From positions 62,001-123,067 of IMG/VR virus record IMGVR_UViG_3300042882_001139: DNA of 61,067 nt; one strand, 5' to 3'. This document shows positions 39,058 through 48,846 of the stretch, one piece after another. The notes under the pieces were generated by a model, which searched no databases, had not been told where the DNA came from, and saw only the letters and a list, made by a program, of their open reading frames with translations. Every line of letters starts with the position of its first letter. Within the stretch, counting starts at the first letter, position 1. This DNA comes from an uncultured virus (IMG/VR IMGVR_UViG_3300042882_001139). Lineage: Duplodnaviria > Heunggongvirae > Uroviricota > Caudoviricetes. The position numbers and the translations under genes were made by a program.

Positions 39058-42000
39058 ATGGCAGATAAAAAGTGGAAGTCTCTGTGGGGCAACTACGAAG
39101 CCGAAAAGGATACCGACGAGGCTAAGAAGCCTCGCGGTCCTCGGCCAAATCCAGATTATCGATCTATTGAAGACGACGGCGACGAACACGGACCAATTGG
39201 TTTTCACACTGAAAAGTCAGGCGGTTATTCCTCTTACGGCGATTATGCTGCCGATGATCGCGCGGGTTCTGATTACGGCGGATACGGATACAGCGGCTAC
39301 AGTTACAGCGAGTCGTTTGACGATTCGGACATGGACTGGTATCGCCGAAACAGTTTTCGATATAGTCGCAATGTCGATTACTCGCCTTCTAGCTTGTTTC
39401 GTTCGACGTTTTCTAGTCGTACGTCATTTGCTTACGGTACAGACAGCGACGCACAGAACAAGGCGATCCGTGCACTGCGCAACCTGACACGCAGTGCCAA
39501 TACGATTGTCGATAAGACTGGTCAAAATAAGACGTCATTTGCTGTGCAGTTTAGCCAGGGCTCTGACAGCAACGGCGTCACCGACGCATTAAACGACAAC
39601 AAACAGCGTGTCGTTTTTGTGTCGCCCGACGACCTGCTGGCGAGCGATACGGCCGAAGTCGAAGACGCGATTGTCGACGCACTTACAGGGTTTGTATTGC
39701 TTCGTGTGCAGATTTCGCAGGATATCACTCCTGACGTGCTGGGACCAATTAACGGCACAGGTCTGCAATTGATTGGCTTTCACGCGGCCAAAGAATTTTT
39801 CGCAAATGACGCAAATTTTAGCAAGTTAGACGCCAAGAAAATGGCACTCGCTACAACCGAGTACTACCTGGCTGGAATGCTTGCAAAAAGCATGCTCACG
39901 CGGCTGGCTCGCCGTACGGTGGTGTCAGACTGGGGTGGTTTCGCGCCCTACTTCGTGCGTCACGCGAAAAAGTTTATTACGGTACGTGAAAACCTGGAAA
40001 AGGCAGAACCGTCGTTAGAAGCGATTGTAGGCCGGCTGGCTTACAACATGATCGCTGATGAGGACCCGCTAGCCATTCCAGAGCAAGTAGCCGAACTCGC
40101 GTCAAAGCATTTGGGTGCCGAGGTCGAGCCGGCAAACTTGCTTGAGACGTGTCAGAAGCTTGTACACGACATCAGCGATTTGTTGCATAAAGAAAACGAA
40201 GATGCCCCCGCAGGCGATATTGAAAACGCCCTGCAGGATATGTTCAAGCAGGCACAAGAAGAGCAGAGTAAGACGAGTACTGGTGCCAGTGCAATGAAGG
40301 ATATGCTGACCTGTCTCGGCGAGGGTATGGGCGATATTGCAGAGCAGCAGCGCAACGGGTTGGCAAAAAGCAACGAGCAAGAAGAATTGTTGGCACGGGC
40401 AGGCAGCAAGGCGCGTGGTGAGCAGTCTATTGAGCAGTTAATCAAAGCGATTAAGTCGCTCGATAAGCAGCTTGAAAGTGTTAAGTCTAGTTGTGCCGAC
40501 GAGCATCTCACCCCCGCCGCCAAGCGTTCAACCGTTGACACGCTGCGGCATCAAATAGCCTACGCGCTGCAGGCTCGGCCGCAGGCAATAGAGGCTTTGG
40601 AAAAAGCGGGTGTGGCAGAAGCTCGCGAGTTTGTACCGAATCTCGATAAACTGCACGCCGAATTAATGAGTACAGCGCCGACCGAAAAGGACGTCGAAAA
40701 AGTCCAAAGCCTGCTAGAAGATCTTGTTAAAAAGGCAAAAGCCGCAGCTAAGACGCTTCACGGCCCAAACAAGACAGAAGTTCAAGAGGCAATTCACGGG
40801 GCAAAAACTCATTTTGAAACCCAGCGAGAAAAGTTCGTAGAGATTCAAGCAAAACTTGAAAAACTGCGAAATGACGTTGCGGCCGGCCCCACGTTACACG
40901 GCGAAAAAGTGTGTGCAACAGCGTTGTTAAATAAACTTATTGAGGGTGTTTCCACTTATATTCAGACAATCAAAGACAATCTGCCGCGCATCGAGCATTC
41001 TGAGAATCTTGTCGCGGAGTGTCGTACGTCAGACAAACTGGTAACACAGCTTAACGCAGTCAGATCCGTAATGTCGGCACTTAATAGTCGTGCTGCACAT
41101 ACGTTTTATGACAACTATGAGTTGCACACTAGTGGACTGCTGCGGAACTTGGTTCGCGAGTTGAGCCAGGCGATGCAACATGATGACCTGCCTAAATCAG
41201 CGGCTGTGCCCGTGGCCGTAGAAAATACCATGGGCCACGAGGCAATCTCCGACGTTGGATTTCTCGCACAGTTGCTTGAGACGCTGTCGGGCGGCTTTCT
41301 GTCAAAGTTAAGCGGGCTGGAACCGATAGAGCGCCGTAACGCGATAGCCGCGCCCAAGCTCGACCTAGATACGATGGAAAAGTTAATTCGGGCATTGAAT
41401 ACGCTCAGGGGTTCCGCCAAAGACAGCAGTGCTGCAGAAAAGACCGCGGAAAACGTTAATGAAAAGATGGGGGCCGCACATGCGGCATTTAGTCCGGTTG
41501 ACGGTGGTTTGTTCGGCGAAAAGGTTGAGGCTAAGACCAAGGTTTTGACTGGCGACGCTATCGGTCACGTTAATGACGAGGCCAGCAACGCCCAAGAAGA
41601 AGAGTATGTTGCGTATTTAAACAACAGCGATTCTACAAAACCAAAGGCACGGGTGCGCGAAGAAAGTGGTCGCCTCGGTGACAGCCAAAAGACTGTGCAA
41701 ATCGTACGTACGAAAAACAAAAACGCTATTGCACGTATTCGGAGTGCATTGCAGTTCCAGGCGGGCCGCCGCAGCGTTGAAGTTCACGGCTTATTGTCCG
41801 GCGATCTCGACGAGGGCAGCCTGCATAAGTTGGATTACGACTGCGAACATATCTGGTCGCAAAAGACGATAAGCAAACTGCCCGACGTGGCAGTCGGTTT
41901 ACTCGTTGACCAGTCTGGTAGCATGTCAGGCCCCAAAATCAACAGTGCCCGTGACATCTGCATTATGCTCGCCGAGGCGGTCAGAAAGATCGCGGGAGTG

Positions 42001-42480
42001 CGTTTGTATGTTTACGGTCACACTGCTAATGAGTTTGGTGCCGACTCAATGACTATTTTTGAGCACTATACGCCGCGCGACGGTGAAAATTTAACCAGGC
42101 TCGGCGGTATTCGTGCACATTCCAACAATTACGACGGCTACGCTATCAAAGATGTAGCAAAACGGCTGTCAGAGGATCAGGCTAAAAAGAAGTACTTGTT
42201 TGTAATTGCCGACGGTTTGCCAGCTGGTTCTGGCTACGGCGGTGAAACTGCTGAAAAGCATGTCACGAGCGTGTGCAAATTCACACGTGAGCGCCTCAAG
42301 ATCAGCACATATGCGTTCGCTGTTGGCGTGCACGGTACGCAGCAGGGTGCTTTTAAGCGACAGTATGGCGACAAGCACGTTGTGTTTGTCAACGATGTCG
42401 CGAAGTGCTTGCCGCAAATTGTGCGTTTCCTCAGAAACGCAATGCAGCAAGAACGGAAGTTGGTCGGGATCGGAGACTAA
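39058..42480 (+). CDS. large VWA-domain (CobT/NorD-like) partner protein
   Basis: SGDLDEGSL, MIDAS LVDQSGSM, NYDGYAI and IADGLP; adjacent to the AAA gene. Confidence 0.85.
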   Translation: MADKKWKSLWGNYEAEKDTDEAKKPRGPRPNPDYRSIEDDGDEHGPIGFHTEKSGGYSSYGDYAADDRAGSDYGGYGYSGYSYSESFDDSDMDWYRRNSFRYSRNVDYSPSSLFRSTFSSRTSFAYGTDSDAQNKAIRALRNLTRSANTIVDKTGQNKTSFAVQFSQGSDSNGVTDALNDNKQRVVFVSPDDLLASDTAEVEDAIVDALTGFVLLRVQISQDITPDVLGPINGTGLQLIGFHAAKEFFANDANFSKLDAKKMALATTEYYLAGMLAKSMLTRLARRTVVSDWGGFAPYFVRHAKKFITVRENLEKAEPSLEAIVGRLAYNMIADEDPLAIPEQVAELASKHLGAEVEPANLLETCQKLVHDISDLLHKENEDAPAGDIENALQDMFKQAQEEQSKTSTGASAMKDMLTCLGEGMGDIAEQQRNGLAKSNEQEELLARAGSKARGEQSIEQLIKAIKSLDKQLESVKSSCADEHLTPAAKRSTVDTLRHQIAYALQARPQAIEALEKAGVAEAREFVPNLDKLHAELMSTAPTEKDVEKVQSLLEDLVKKAKAAAKTLHGPNKTEVQEAIHGAKTHFETQREKFVEIQAKLEKLRNDVAAGPTLHGEKVCATALLNKLIEGVSTYIQTIKDNLPRIEHSENLVAECRTSDKLVTQLNAVRSVMSALNSRAAHTFYDNYELHTSGLLRNLVRELSQAMQHDDLPKSAAVPVAVENTMGHEAISDVGFLAQLLETLSGGFLSKLSGLEPIERRNAIAAPKLDLDTMEKLIRALNTLRGSAKDSSAAEKTAENVNEKMGAAHAAFSPVDGGLFGEKVEAKTKVLTGDAIGHVNDEASNAQEEEYVAYLNNSDSTKPKARVREESGRLGDSQKTVQIVRTKNKNAIARIRSALQFQAGRRSVEVHGLLSGDLDEGSLHKLDYDCEHIWSQKTISKLPDVAVGLLVDQSGSMSGPKINSARDICIMLAEAVRKIAGVRLYVYGHTANEFGADSMTIFEHYTPRDGENLTRLGGIRAHSNNYDGYAIKDVAKRLSEDQAKKKYLFVIADGLPAGSGYGGETAEKHVTSVCKFTRERLKISTYAFAVGVHGTQQGAFKRQYGDKHVVFVNDVAKCLPQIVRFLRNAMQQERKLVGIGD

Positions 42481-42499
42481 GGAAACTAGGTAGTCTGGG

Positions 42500-42523
42500 G
42501 TGGGCTGAAATTTTTCAGCCCAC
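42500..42523. terminator. inverted repeat/hairpin after the VWA gene
   Basis: GTGGGCTGAAA-TT-TTTCAGCCCAC. Confidence 0.55.
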
Positions 42524-42615
42524 TCTGGACCGCCCGGTGTGTTTGTGTTAGAAGATCGGTTCACGCAACGGACGCGTGCACCTTGTTGTTCGATTTTTCA
42601 AGGAGATTTCTAGTA

Positions 42616-42942
42616 ATGAAGACCTGTATTGCTTCTTTTGCGTTCGCTCTGTTCTGCGCTTGCGGCCTCGCCGGCGAGGAAAGTGTTCTCGTCAAGACGC
42701 CGGAGCCGACCCCCGTGGTCGTCGCTGCTCCAGCTACAGACTGCAATGCTTGTGCTCAAGGTACGTGTTGTGCGGAAAGTTCGACCCGTGCTACGTGCCG
42801 TCCAGGTCTGTTCGGTCGCACGATCGAGCGGACGCGTACCGTTACGCGTGCGGTTGTTGAGGTGCCTGTCAAGGTTGTGACGGCTCCGGCTCGGGCGGTT
42901 CGCGTTCGTCGCGGCTGCTGTGCTGCCGGTCGCTGCCAGTGA
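42616..42942 (+). CDS. small secreted Cys/Arg-rich protein
   Basis: AGGAG RBS; signal peptide MKTCIASFAFALFCACGLA; ends GCCAAGRCQ. Confidence 0.65.
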   Translation: MKTCIASFAFALFCACGLAGEESVLVKTPEPTPVVVAAPATDCNACAQGTCCAESSTRATCRPGLFGRTIERTRTVTRAVVEVPVKVVTAPARAVRVRRGCCAAGRCQ

Positions 42943-42975
42943 TCTCGGCGGGCAACTAACAAGTTCGCGCTAAGG

Positions 42976-43012
42976 AGGGCGTCGAGTATGTACTCGACGC
43001 CCTTTTTGTTTT
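42976..43012 (+). terminator. Rho-independent terminator
   Basis: AGGGCGTCGAGTA-TG-TACTCGACGCCCT followed by a T-tract. Confidence 0.85.
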
Positions 43013-43040
43013 ACACCCACAATGTTAAGGATTTTGAACA

Positions 43041-43292
43041 ATGAAGTACTACCATGTCCGCGTCAGCAACCAGAACAGCCAAGAACTTGTTGTAATCGCG
43101 GCCAACGCTGACGACGCAAAGCGAGCAGCCGCTGAACGACTCCACGGCGGCACACCCGAAAATGTCAAGTTTCTACGAGAAGACGTAGGTGCGTCTGTAG
43201 ACGTGAGCGAGGCGACGCGCGAAGGCTGGCTTGAGGCCTGTGCCCGCGAAACTGAAGCCAAGAATAACGAGGGCAAAACTGATGGGAATTGA
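43041..43292 (+). CDS. hypothetical protein
   Basis: AAGGA RBS, 83 aa. Confidence 0.6.
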   Translation: MKYYHVRVSNQNSQELVVIAANADDAKRAAAERLHGGTPENVKFLREDVGASVDVSEATREGWLEACARETEAKNNEGKTDGN

Positions 43293-43812
43293 CATCTATT
43301 TAAAGTGGCCCGGTATGACTGATGAAGAGAAGCAAAATCAAATAACGGGCTACTCCACAACTTCTGGCAACGTCGGTTACCTGCGAGAGGCCTATCACGG
43401 CGGGCCATATGCGACAAAGATTTTGGTGCGTGAGGCGTTTGAGGCTAGCGAATGCGAAGCCCAGATCCCTGCCGCCACGATGCGGATGCGGCTCAAATGC
43501 GTCACAGAGCCAGCCCGGGGCGTCGAGGGCGGTGACATGCTAGCGATGCTGCTTCCGGAACTGCTCAAAAAAATACACAACGGCAGCGAGGATAAAGAAC
43601 CGGTAACAATCTCTGGCGCCCACAGCGGAAACGTACACACCGCACCTATGTCTGTCGAGGAGGCGATTCGCCTGCGCTGCAATTCGCTCTACCCGGAAGA
43701 CGGGGAAGACTATATTTACGAAGTTACAAAATCGTTTAGGGAGTTTGTCGCACTTGCCGAAAGAAAAGAAAAAGAAACTGGAGAGCCCTGCACCGTCCTC
43801 GCCTCCTACTAA
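43282..43812 (+). CDS. hypothetical protein
   Basis: MGIDIYL...GNVGYLREAYHGG. Confidence 0.6.
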   Translation: MGIDIYLKWPGMTDEEKQNQITGYSTTSGNVGYLREAYHGGPYATKILVREAFEASECEAQIPAATMRMRLKCVTEPARGVEGGDMLAMLLPELLKKIHNGSEDKEPVTISGAHSGNVHTAPMSVEEAIRLRCNSLYPEDGEDYIYEVTKSFREFVALAERKEKETGEPCTVLASY

Positions 43813-43831
43813 AAAGGGCACCGAACGGGAT

Positions 43832-44218
43832 ATGGAGCTTGAACTGCGTAAAATAATCGGCAAAGCTCCGGCTATAGACCACGCGCAGAAAATCAAAAAA
43901 TACTGCAAAGAGCTGTACGCTGCCGGATGGAAAAGTATGTGCGTAACATACTCAGGTTCCGGCGACAGCTGCAGCGACTTTGAATTTTCTATCGCCAACG
44001 AAGAAGAAGAATTTCATTTCTCGGACGTGACGACCGTGTTCACCGGCGGTTTTACGCTTAAAGACGTCGAGCGTGAATTGTGGGAACTGCTGCCCGTTGG
44101 ATTCGAAAACAACGAAGGCGGCGAAGGCACTATCAAAATTACAACTAAAACAGGCCGGATAGTTGTTGACCATACGACCTATTACACCGAGTCTAGCCGT
44201 GATGTGAGGCGTTACTAA
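43832..44218 (+). CDS. DUF6878-like protein
   Basis: VTYSGSGDS...GFENNEGGEGTI. Confidence 0.6.
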   Translation: MELELRKIIGKAPAIDHAQKIKKYCKELYAAGWKSMCVTYSGSGDSCSDFEFSIANEEEEFHFSDVTTVFTGGFTLKDVERELWELLPVGFENNEGGEGTIKITTKTGRIVVDHTTYYTESSRDVRRY

Positions 44219-44607
44219 TGGGGCTATGTGTTTTTAAAACAACAGCCATACGCCGATGTGTTGAACACGCCTTGATGTCAAAACACTGGAACATGGCGTG
44301 GTCGGACGCACCTGCCCAGCCAGGCTTTCTGTTCGTGCACGACCAAGGCGTTTATTTAATGTCGAACGGCAACCCGCGAGATCTAGTTGCCGGCACTGAC
44401 TCGTCCTACTGTGCTTACGCGCAAGACTGCAATCCGGCAATTGACGAAGAGTGGTGGGAGACTGCCCGAGCCCTCGTCGGCGGCGATGATTTTGGTGAGT
44501 TTATCGCCGTGCCAAAGAACTGGAAAAGTTCTCTAGAAAAATATGAAGAGTTCTGTATCGACGTGAGCGACGCCGCGTTCGACATTTATTTCCGGAAACC
44601 GCGATGA
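44218..44607 (+). CDS. DUF3085-like protein
   Basis: FVHDQGVYLMSNG...AYAQDCNP...VGGDDFGE. Confidence 0.7.
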   Translation: MGLCVFKTTAIRRCVEHALMSKHWNMAWSDAPAQPGFLFVHDQGVYLMSNGNPRDLVAGTDSSYCAYAQDCNPAIDEEWWETARALVGGDDFGEFIAVPKNWKSSLEKYEEFCIDVSDAAFDIYFRKPR

Positions 44608-45083
44608 CAAGTAAAACAAAAACTACCTTAGATTTTCTACTGGAAAAACTGCGGTATCACGAAATCAAATACGCCATTGCGTATTTTGACGGCTCAGGTG
44701 ACAGCGGCTGCGTGTCATCTGTGCACGCTAAAACTATTGACGACGTTGAACTGTCGCACCAGTCACTAGAAACAATTGTGTTTACAGACGTCGCCAACGA
44801 GGACCTGTCGCACACCTATTTCGACGACAGTTACTTGGGCGGTGCAATCAAACCCCGCGATTTCAAAAAGAAACCGCTAACGCTCGTAGAACTTGTGGTT
44901 GACGTAGCGGAACTGCTCCTAGAAACAAAGCACGCCGGCTGGGAAATAGACGCCGGCGCGTATGGTCACATTACATTTACGCCACTGGCTCAGTACCACA
45001 AAACAGATCCCGTAGTTATCGATTTCAACGAGAACTACAACGATCACGACGACTACGAGTCAGAAGAATACAACGACAATTAG
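44604..45083 (+). CDS. DUF6878-like protein (second copy)
   Basis: FDGSGDSG...HAGWEIDAGAYGHITF. Confidence 0.6.
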   Translation: MTSKTKTTLDFLLEKLRYHEIKYAIAYFDGSGDSGCVSSVHAKTIDDVELSHQSLETIVFTDVANEDLSHTYFDDSYLGGAIKPRDFKKKPLTLVELVVDVAELLLETKHAGWEIDAGAYGHITFTPLAQYHKTDPVVIDFNENYNDHDDYESEEYNDN

Positions 45084-45102
45084 TTTTAATTACGAGGATG
45101 CT

Positions 45103-45684
45103 GTGCCAAACTGGTGCGATAACGTAGTCACATTCACACATTCCGACCCCACGCAGATTAGACGCGTAGCAGAGGCCTGGAACAACAACGCACTTATGGA
45201 GACATTTGTGCCGTGCCCAGAAGATGTAAAAAATACGCCGTCAGCCCACTATCCCAGCAATACCCCCGAGAAATTTATTCAAGAGCAGCGCGAAAAAATA
45301 AACGTCAAACTTTACGGTCATGCGAATTGGTACGACTGGCAGGTCGCTAACTGGGGCACTAAATGGGGCGTTGCACGACATGAGGGAGCACCTGATGTAG
45401 TTGTCACAAATAATGACAAGAAAATTACGCTAAGTTTTCGGTCTGCGTGGTCACCGCCAGTTGAGTTTTACTCAAAAATGACGGCACTTGGTTTTGGTGT
45501 TGCTGCCACATACTGCGAACTTAGCATGGGCTATGTTGGTGAGTTTAATTACGGGGTGGACGTAGAGTGGTCACTAGAAGGTTTTGACAACACCGTGCAG
45601 TGGCTCGAAGAGCACATCCCCCACAAAATCTGCGAAGACTTTAATTTGTACGAGCAGCTCTGTCATGAGGAAGAAAATGAGTAG
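45103..45684 (+). CDS. DUF1281/Api92-like protein
   Basis: MPNWCDN...WYDWQVANWGTKW...FRSAWSPP. Confidence 0.75.
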   Translation: MPNWCDNVVTFTHSDPTQIRRVAEAWNNNALMETFVPCPEDVKNTPSAHYPSNTPEKFIQEQREKINVKLYGHANWYDWQVANWGTKWGVARHEGAPDVVVTNNDKKITLSFRSAWSPPVEFYSKMTALGFGVAATYCELSMGYVGEFNYGVDVEWSLEGFDNTVQWLEEHIPHKICEDFNLYEQLCHEEENE

Positions 45685-45904
45685 GCCTGTCCTAGACGAA
45701 GAATCAGACGCCGTTATAGACGACCTGGCTGAAAGCACCTGGGTCGGTACGAAAGACTTTTCTGTTTACATTAAAAAGACAGACGAGGGCGTTATTGTCG
45801 ATATCTACGCCGTCGACTGCGAGGATTGCGACGCGCTGGCTAGTTGCTACGCGTTTGACGCTGATGCCGCATTCATGCGCGAGGCTGTAGAAAATGACGA
45901 TTGA
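45677..45904 (+). CDS. hypothetical protein
   Basis: FSVYIKKTDEGVIVDIY; overlaps its neighbours. Confidence 0.55.
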   Translation: MSRPVLDEESDAVIDDLAESTWVGTKDFSVYIKKTDEGVIVDIYAVDCEDCDALASCYAFDADAAFMREAVENDD

Positions 45905-46118
45905 CGAAGCCATTAAACTACTAGAAGCTGAAAAAGCCGCGGGCGTAAAAAGCATTATTCTTGCGTGGTGGAACGCTGATATGTTTGACCGGCAAGACGA
46001 CGAAGCGTGGGCTGCCGACGTCGAGCAAATTGACGACAAGTTTGACTGGTCTTCTACGCACGACGACATTCTTTATTGCCTAGAATCTCTTTTAACAGAC
46101 GAGAAAAACGGGGATTAA
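45894..46118 (+). CDS. hypothetical acidic protein
   Basis: 74-aa ORF in a tight operon. Confidence 0.55.
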   Translation: MTIDEAIKLLEAEKAAGVKSIILAWWNADMFDRQDDEAWAADVEQIDDKFDWSSTHDDILYCLESLLTDEKNGD

Positions 46119-46514
46119 ATGGCCCACCCTTACCATCACGCACTTTCAAGCGTCAAAAAATGGGGCGGCAAACCCGAAGACTATCAAGCCATTCACGACT
46201 GGTTCGATGAGTCTAAAAGCCACATGGCAGATTTCCGGCATCGAGCCCTGCGGCACCATTCAGAAGGTATCTTTATGGCGGAAAGGATTTTCGGCCACAC
46301 TATTACAAATTCTGCCGGACGCGAGGTAATGGTTCGCTATATCGGCGAACAACACGTACAAGAAGATTTGGGGCGTATTCCGTCGATCAACGACTGGTTT
46401 CGCCACATCGCGGTTCAGAGTTGGATGTACGGCAACCGTAAAAGCCTTGAGAAAGAATTGCTTGAACCGCCGACACCCGAGAACGACACGAAAGAGATAG
46501 AACTCGTCGCGTAG
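46119..46514 (+). CDS. DUF6915-like His-rich protein
   Basis: MAHPYHHALSSVKKWGG..DY..IHDWFD...HRALRHH..G...EQHV.EDLG. Confidence 0.7.
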   Translation: MAHPYHHALSSVKKWGGKPEDYQAIHDWFDESKSHMADFRHRALRHHSEGIFMAERIFGHTITNSAGREVMVRYIGEQHVQEDLGRIPSINDWFRHIAVQSWMYGNRKSLEKELLEPPTPENDTKEIELVA

Positions 46515-46544
46515 CGGCGGGCGCTGTTGTAAAGGAATTTTACA

Positions 46545-47228
46545 GTGCTGCAGTTATTAGATTTATTTTGCTGTGCCGGGCTTGCTTCTGACGGCTATGC
46601 AGCCGCAGGTTTTAAAGTCACCGGAGTGGATATTCGCCCACAGCCTAATTACCCGCACAAATTTATACAGACCGACGCACTAGAACTTTTAAAAGACAAA
46701 GAGTTTCTTAAGCAGTTCGACGGTATTCACGCCAGTCCGCCGTGCCAAGCCCATACCCGGGCCAAGCATTTGCGGGACGCACAAGGCGGCAAAAGTAAAG
46801 CAGGCGACCTGCTTACTCCCGCACTTGCTCTGTTGCGTGAGTTGAAAATTCCATGGGTAGTTGAAAATGTTCCCGGCGCTCCAGGAATGGAGGCCGCGGT
46901 TATCGAATGCGGATCTTCACATGCTTTGAAGGTTCGCCGGCATCGCCTGTTTCTTTCAGACGCCGTACCCCTCGTGCGGCTCCCGTGCCGCCACAAAGAG
47001 CAGGGAAAGCCTATTGGCGTGTACCACGTCATGGGCGACACATGCAAAGGCGTGTGCAAGAAAACAGGCAAACTGGTCATTGGCGGCTCAACAGCCAAGA
47101 CGTTGGAAGAAGGCATGTGGGCTATGGGCGTTACACGTAAAGTAACGTGGAACGAACTTAAAGAAGGATTGCCGCCCGCGTATACGCAACACATCGGCGA
47201 ACAACTGGCGGCATTTATAACGAGGTAA
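46545..47228 (+). CDS. short C5-cytosine DNA methyltransferase
   Basis: LLDLFCCAG, HASPPCQ, VVENV and RRHRLF. Confidence 0.8.
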   Translation: MLQLLDLFCCAGLASDGYAAAGFKVTGVDIRPQPNYPHKFIQTDALELLKDKEFLKQFDGIHASPPCQAHTRAKHLRDAQGGKSKAGDLLTPALALLRELKIPWVVENVPGAPGMEAAVIECGSSHALKVRRHRLFLSDAVPLVRLPCRHKEQGKPIGVYHVMGDTCKGVCKKTGKLVIGGSTAKTLEEGMWAMGVTRKVTWNELKEGLPPAYTQHIGEQLAAFITR

Positions 47229-47236
47229 CAGTTTTC

Positions 47237-47488
47237 GTGACGGAACCAAAAGAACCCGAACACGTTTTACAGTGGTGCCGAAATTTAACGCAAACGCTGA
47301 AAGACGGCGGTGTATGGGGCATTCCGCGCTCAGGGATAGCCTTTAAAATTGACAAAAAGAATCAACGTCTTATTCTCGTCACCGGCACCGAAACTGACGA
47401 AGACTACATAGCCACAAAGCGTGTCTTTGCACAAATTGGCTGGGACGTTATTACGAAAGAAATGCGCGATGGCGAAGACCATTCTTGA
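47237..47488 (+). CDS. hypothetical protein
   Basis: LKDGGVWGIPRSG; GAGG RBS. Confidence 0.55.
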   Translation: MTEPKEPEHVLQWCRNLTQTLKDGGVWGIPRSGIAFKIDKKNQRLILVTGTETDEDYIATKRVFAQIGWDVITKEMRDGEDHS

Positions 47489-47690
47489 GTTCGACAGCAG
47501 TGAAGACCACAGCGAAATGATGGCCGCCATACATGGCATGGACTGGAAGCTGACTGTCGAAAGTATTGACCTGTGGTTACGAAACGCACTTAAGTACGGG
47601 CATGAATATACAACACCTAACGAAGCCCTTGAAGCCGCACGACGACACTTGCATGACGAAATGGTGGGAAGAGGCATTGATATTGTTTGA
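47469..47690 (+). CDS. hypothetical protein
   Basis: MAKTILEFD...DLWLRNALKYG. Confidence 0.55.
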   Translation: MAKTILEFDSSEDHSEMMAAIHGMDWKLTVESIDLWLRNALKYGHEYTTPNEALEAARRHLHDEMVGRGIDIV

Positions 47691-48222
47691 AGACCATTGG
47701 TTCTTCAAGCCGTTTCGCGCCGTGCGTAATTGGCAATACCGCACCCGAAAACAAGTGCAGCGTATGTGGGCGTTTGCAATGTTCGGGCGAGAAAATTACG
47801 ACTTTGACGGCGCATATTTAATTGCGTTGATAGTGTTTAAATTAAAACGCATTCAACGTTGTTTAGTTAACGACTCTGTGTGCAAGCACGACGCAAAGAC
47901 TTTGCAGGCTTTACGCGTCGCCATTCGCTTGGGCGAACGCCTTAGCCGCGAGAACTACGACCAAGCAATGAACTGCCACAACAAAAAGTGGGGCGAACCA
48001 GAAACAACGTTTGAGCCAGCCGGAAAGTTTGAAAACGGAAAGTTTGCTGGCCGAGGCGGGGCCGTAATGGTGACCAAGCGACAAAACGTGACACCGGCCA
48101 CCGCAGAACAAGAACGACAAGAATTCATGGCGGCAATTGACGCCGACGAAGCCACGCAGGCCAGAGAGGCTCGTTGGTTTTTTGCCATCATAAACCAGCA
48201 CTATCCGATGTGGTGGGACTGA
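47677..48222 (+). CDS. hypothetical phage protein
   Basis: YDFD..YL...KLKR, ending WWD; start uncertain. Confidence 0.55.
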   Translation: MILFEDHWFFKPFRAVRNWQYRTRKQVQRMWAFAMFGRENYDFDGAYLIALIVFKLKRIQRCLVNDSVCKHDAKTLQALRVAIRLGERLSRENYDQAMNCHNKKWGEPETTFEPAGKFENGKFAGRGGAVMVTKRQNVTPATAEQERQEFMAAIDADEATQAREARWFFAIINQHYPMWWD

Positions 48223-48245
48223 TTTCAAACGCAGAAAGGACAATC

Positions 48246-48518
48246 ATGACAGCACAAAATAACGGAAATAACGGCGGATTTTGGGTGGTACTTGCCATCG
48301 TATTTGGCATTGCTATGCTTGGCCAACTAGTCGGCGGTGGCGGCAGCACGAGCTCCAACTCGAGCTCTACAACGCCACCCGCAAGCAGCGGTTCTTTCGA
48401 GCACAGGTATGTGCAAGAGCGATTCAAGCAAGAAGGCTACAACGCCGCTGAATCTCGCCAAGCGGCTGACGCAGTGATGCGGTTTCACGAAGCACAACAG
48501 CAACGAAAAAACAGGTAA
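48246..48518 (+). CDS. small membrane-anchored protein
   Basis: AAGGA RBS; one transmembrane segment. Confidence 0.6.
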   Translation: MTAQNNGNNGGFWVVLAIVFGIAMLGQLVGGGGSTSSNSSSTTPPASSGSFEHRYVQERFKQEGYNAAESRQAADAVMRFHEAQQQRKNR

Positions 48519-48520
48519 AA

Positions 48521-48832
48521 ATGATTCGACTCGCTGACAAAAAGCTCCTGGCAAAACTGAACGAGGCTGCAAACCACATGAACTACAACCGGCAAGTCGT
48601 GCCGGAGGCAATAGAACGATTGCCCGATGACGTCATTGTGGCTGTGTCGCCAATCATGATTCACGAACATGCGGCCGGAAAACCCGTAGATCCGCACCTC
48701 CGATGCTCGTTGCAAATTTTGCATCCAGCGTCAGACCTATTTCGCGGGCTGTTTCTCGACATCCCGTGCGAGTTGTTCGAAAAATTGCCGCCGATGCCGA
48801 CGCGGGAAGTTGTGCCCGCTGCGGTCGACTAG
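48521..48832 (+). CDS. hypothetical protein
   Basis: 103-aa ORF. Confidence 0.6.
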   Translation: MIRLADKKLLAKLNEAANHMNYNRQVVPEAIERLPDDVIVAVSPIMIHEHAAGKPVDPHLRCSLQILHPASDLFRGLFLDIPCELFEKLPPMPTREVVPAAVD

Positions 48833-48846
48833 TATCACAACGCTCC

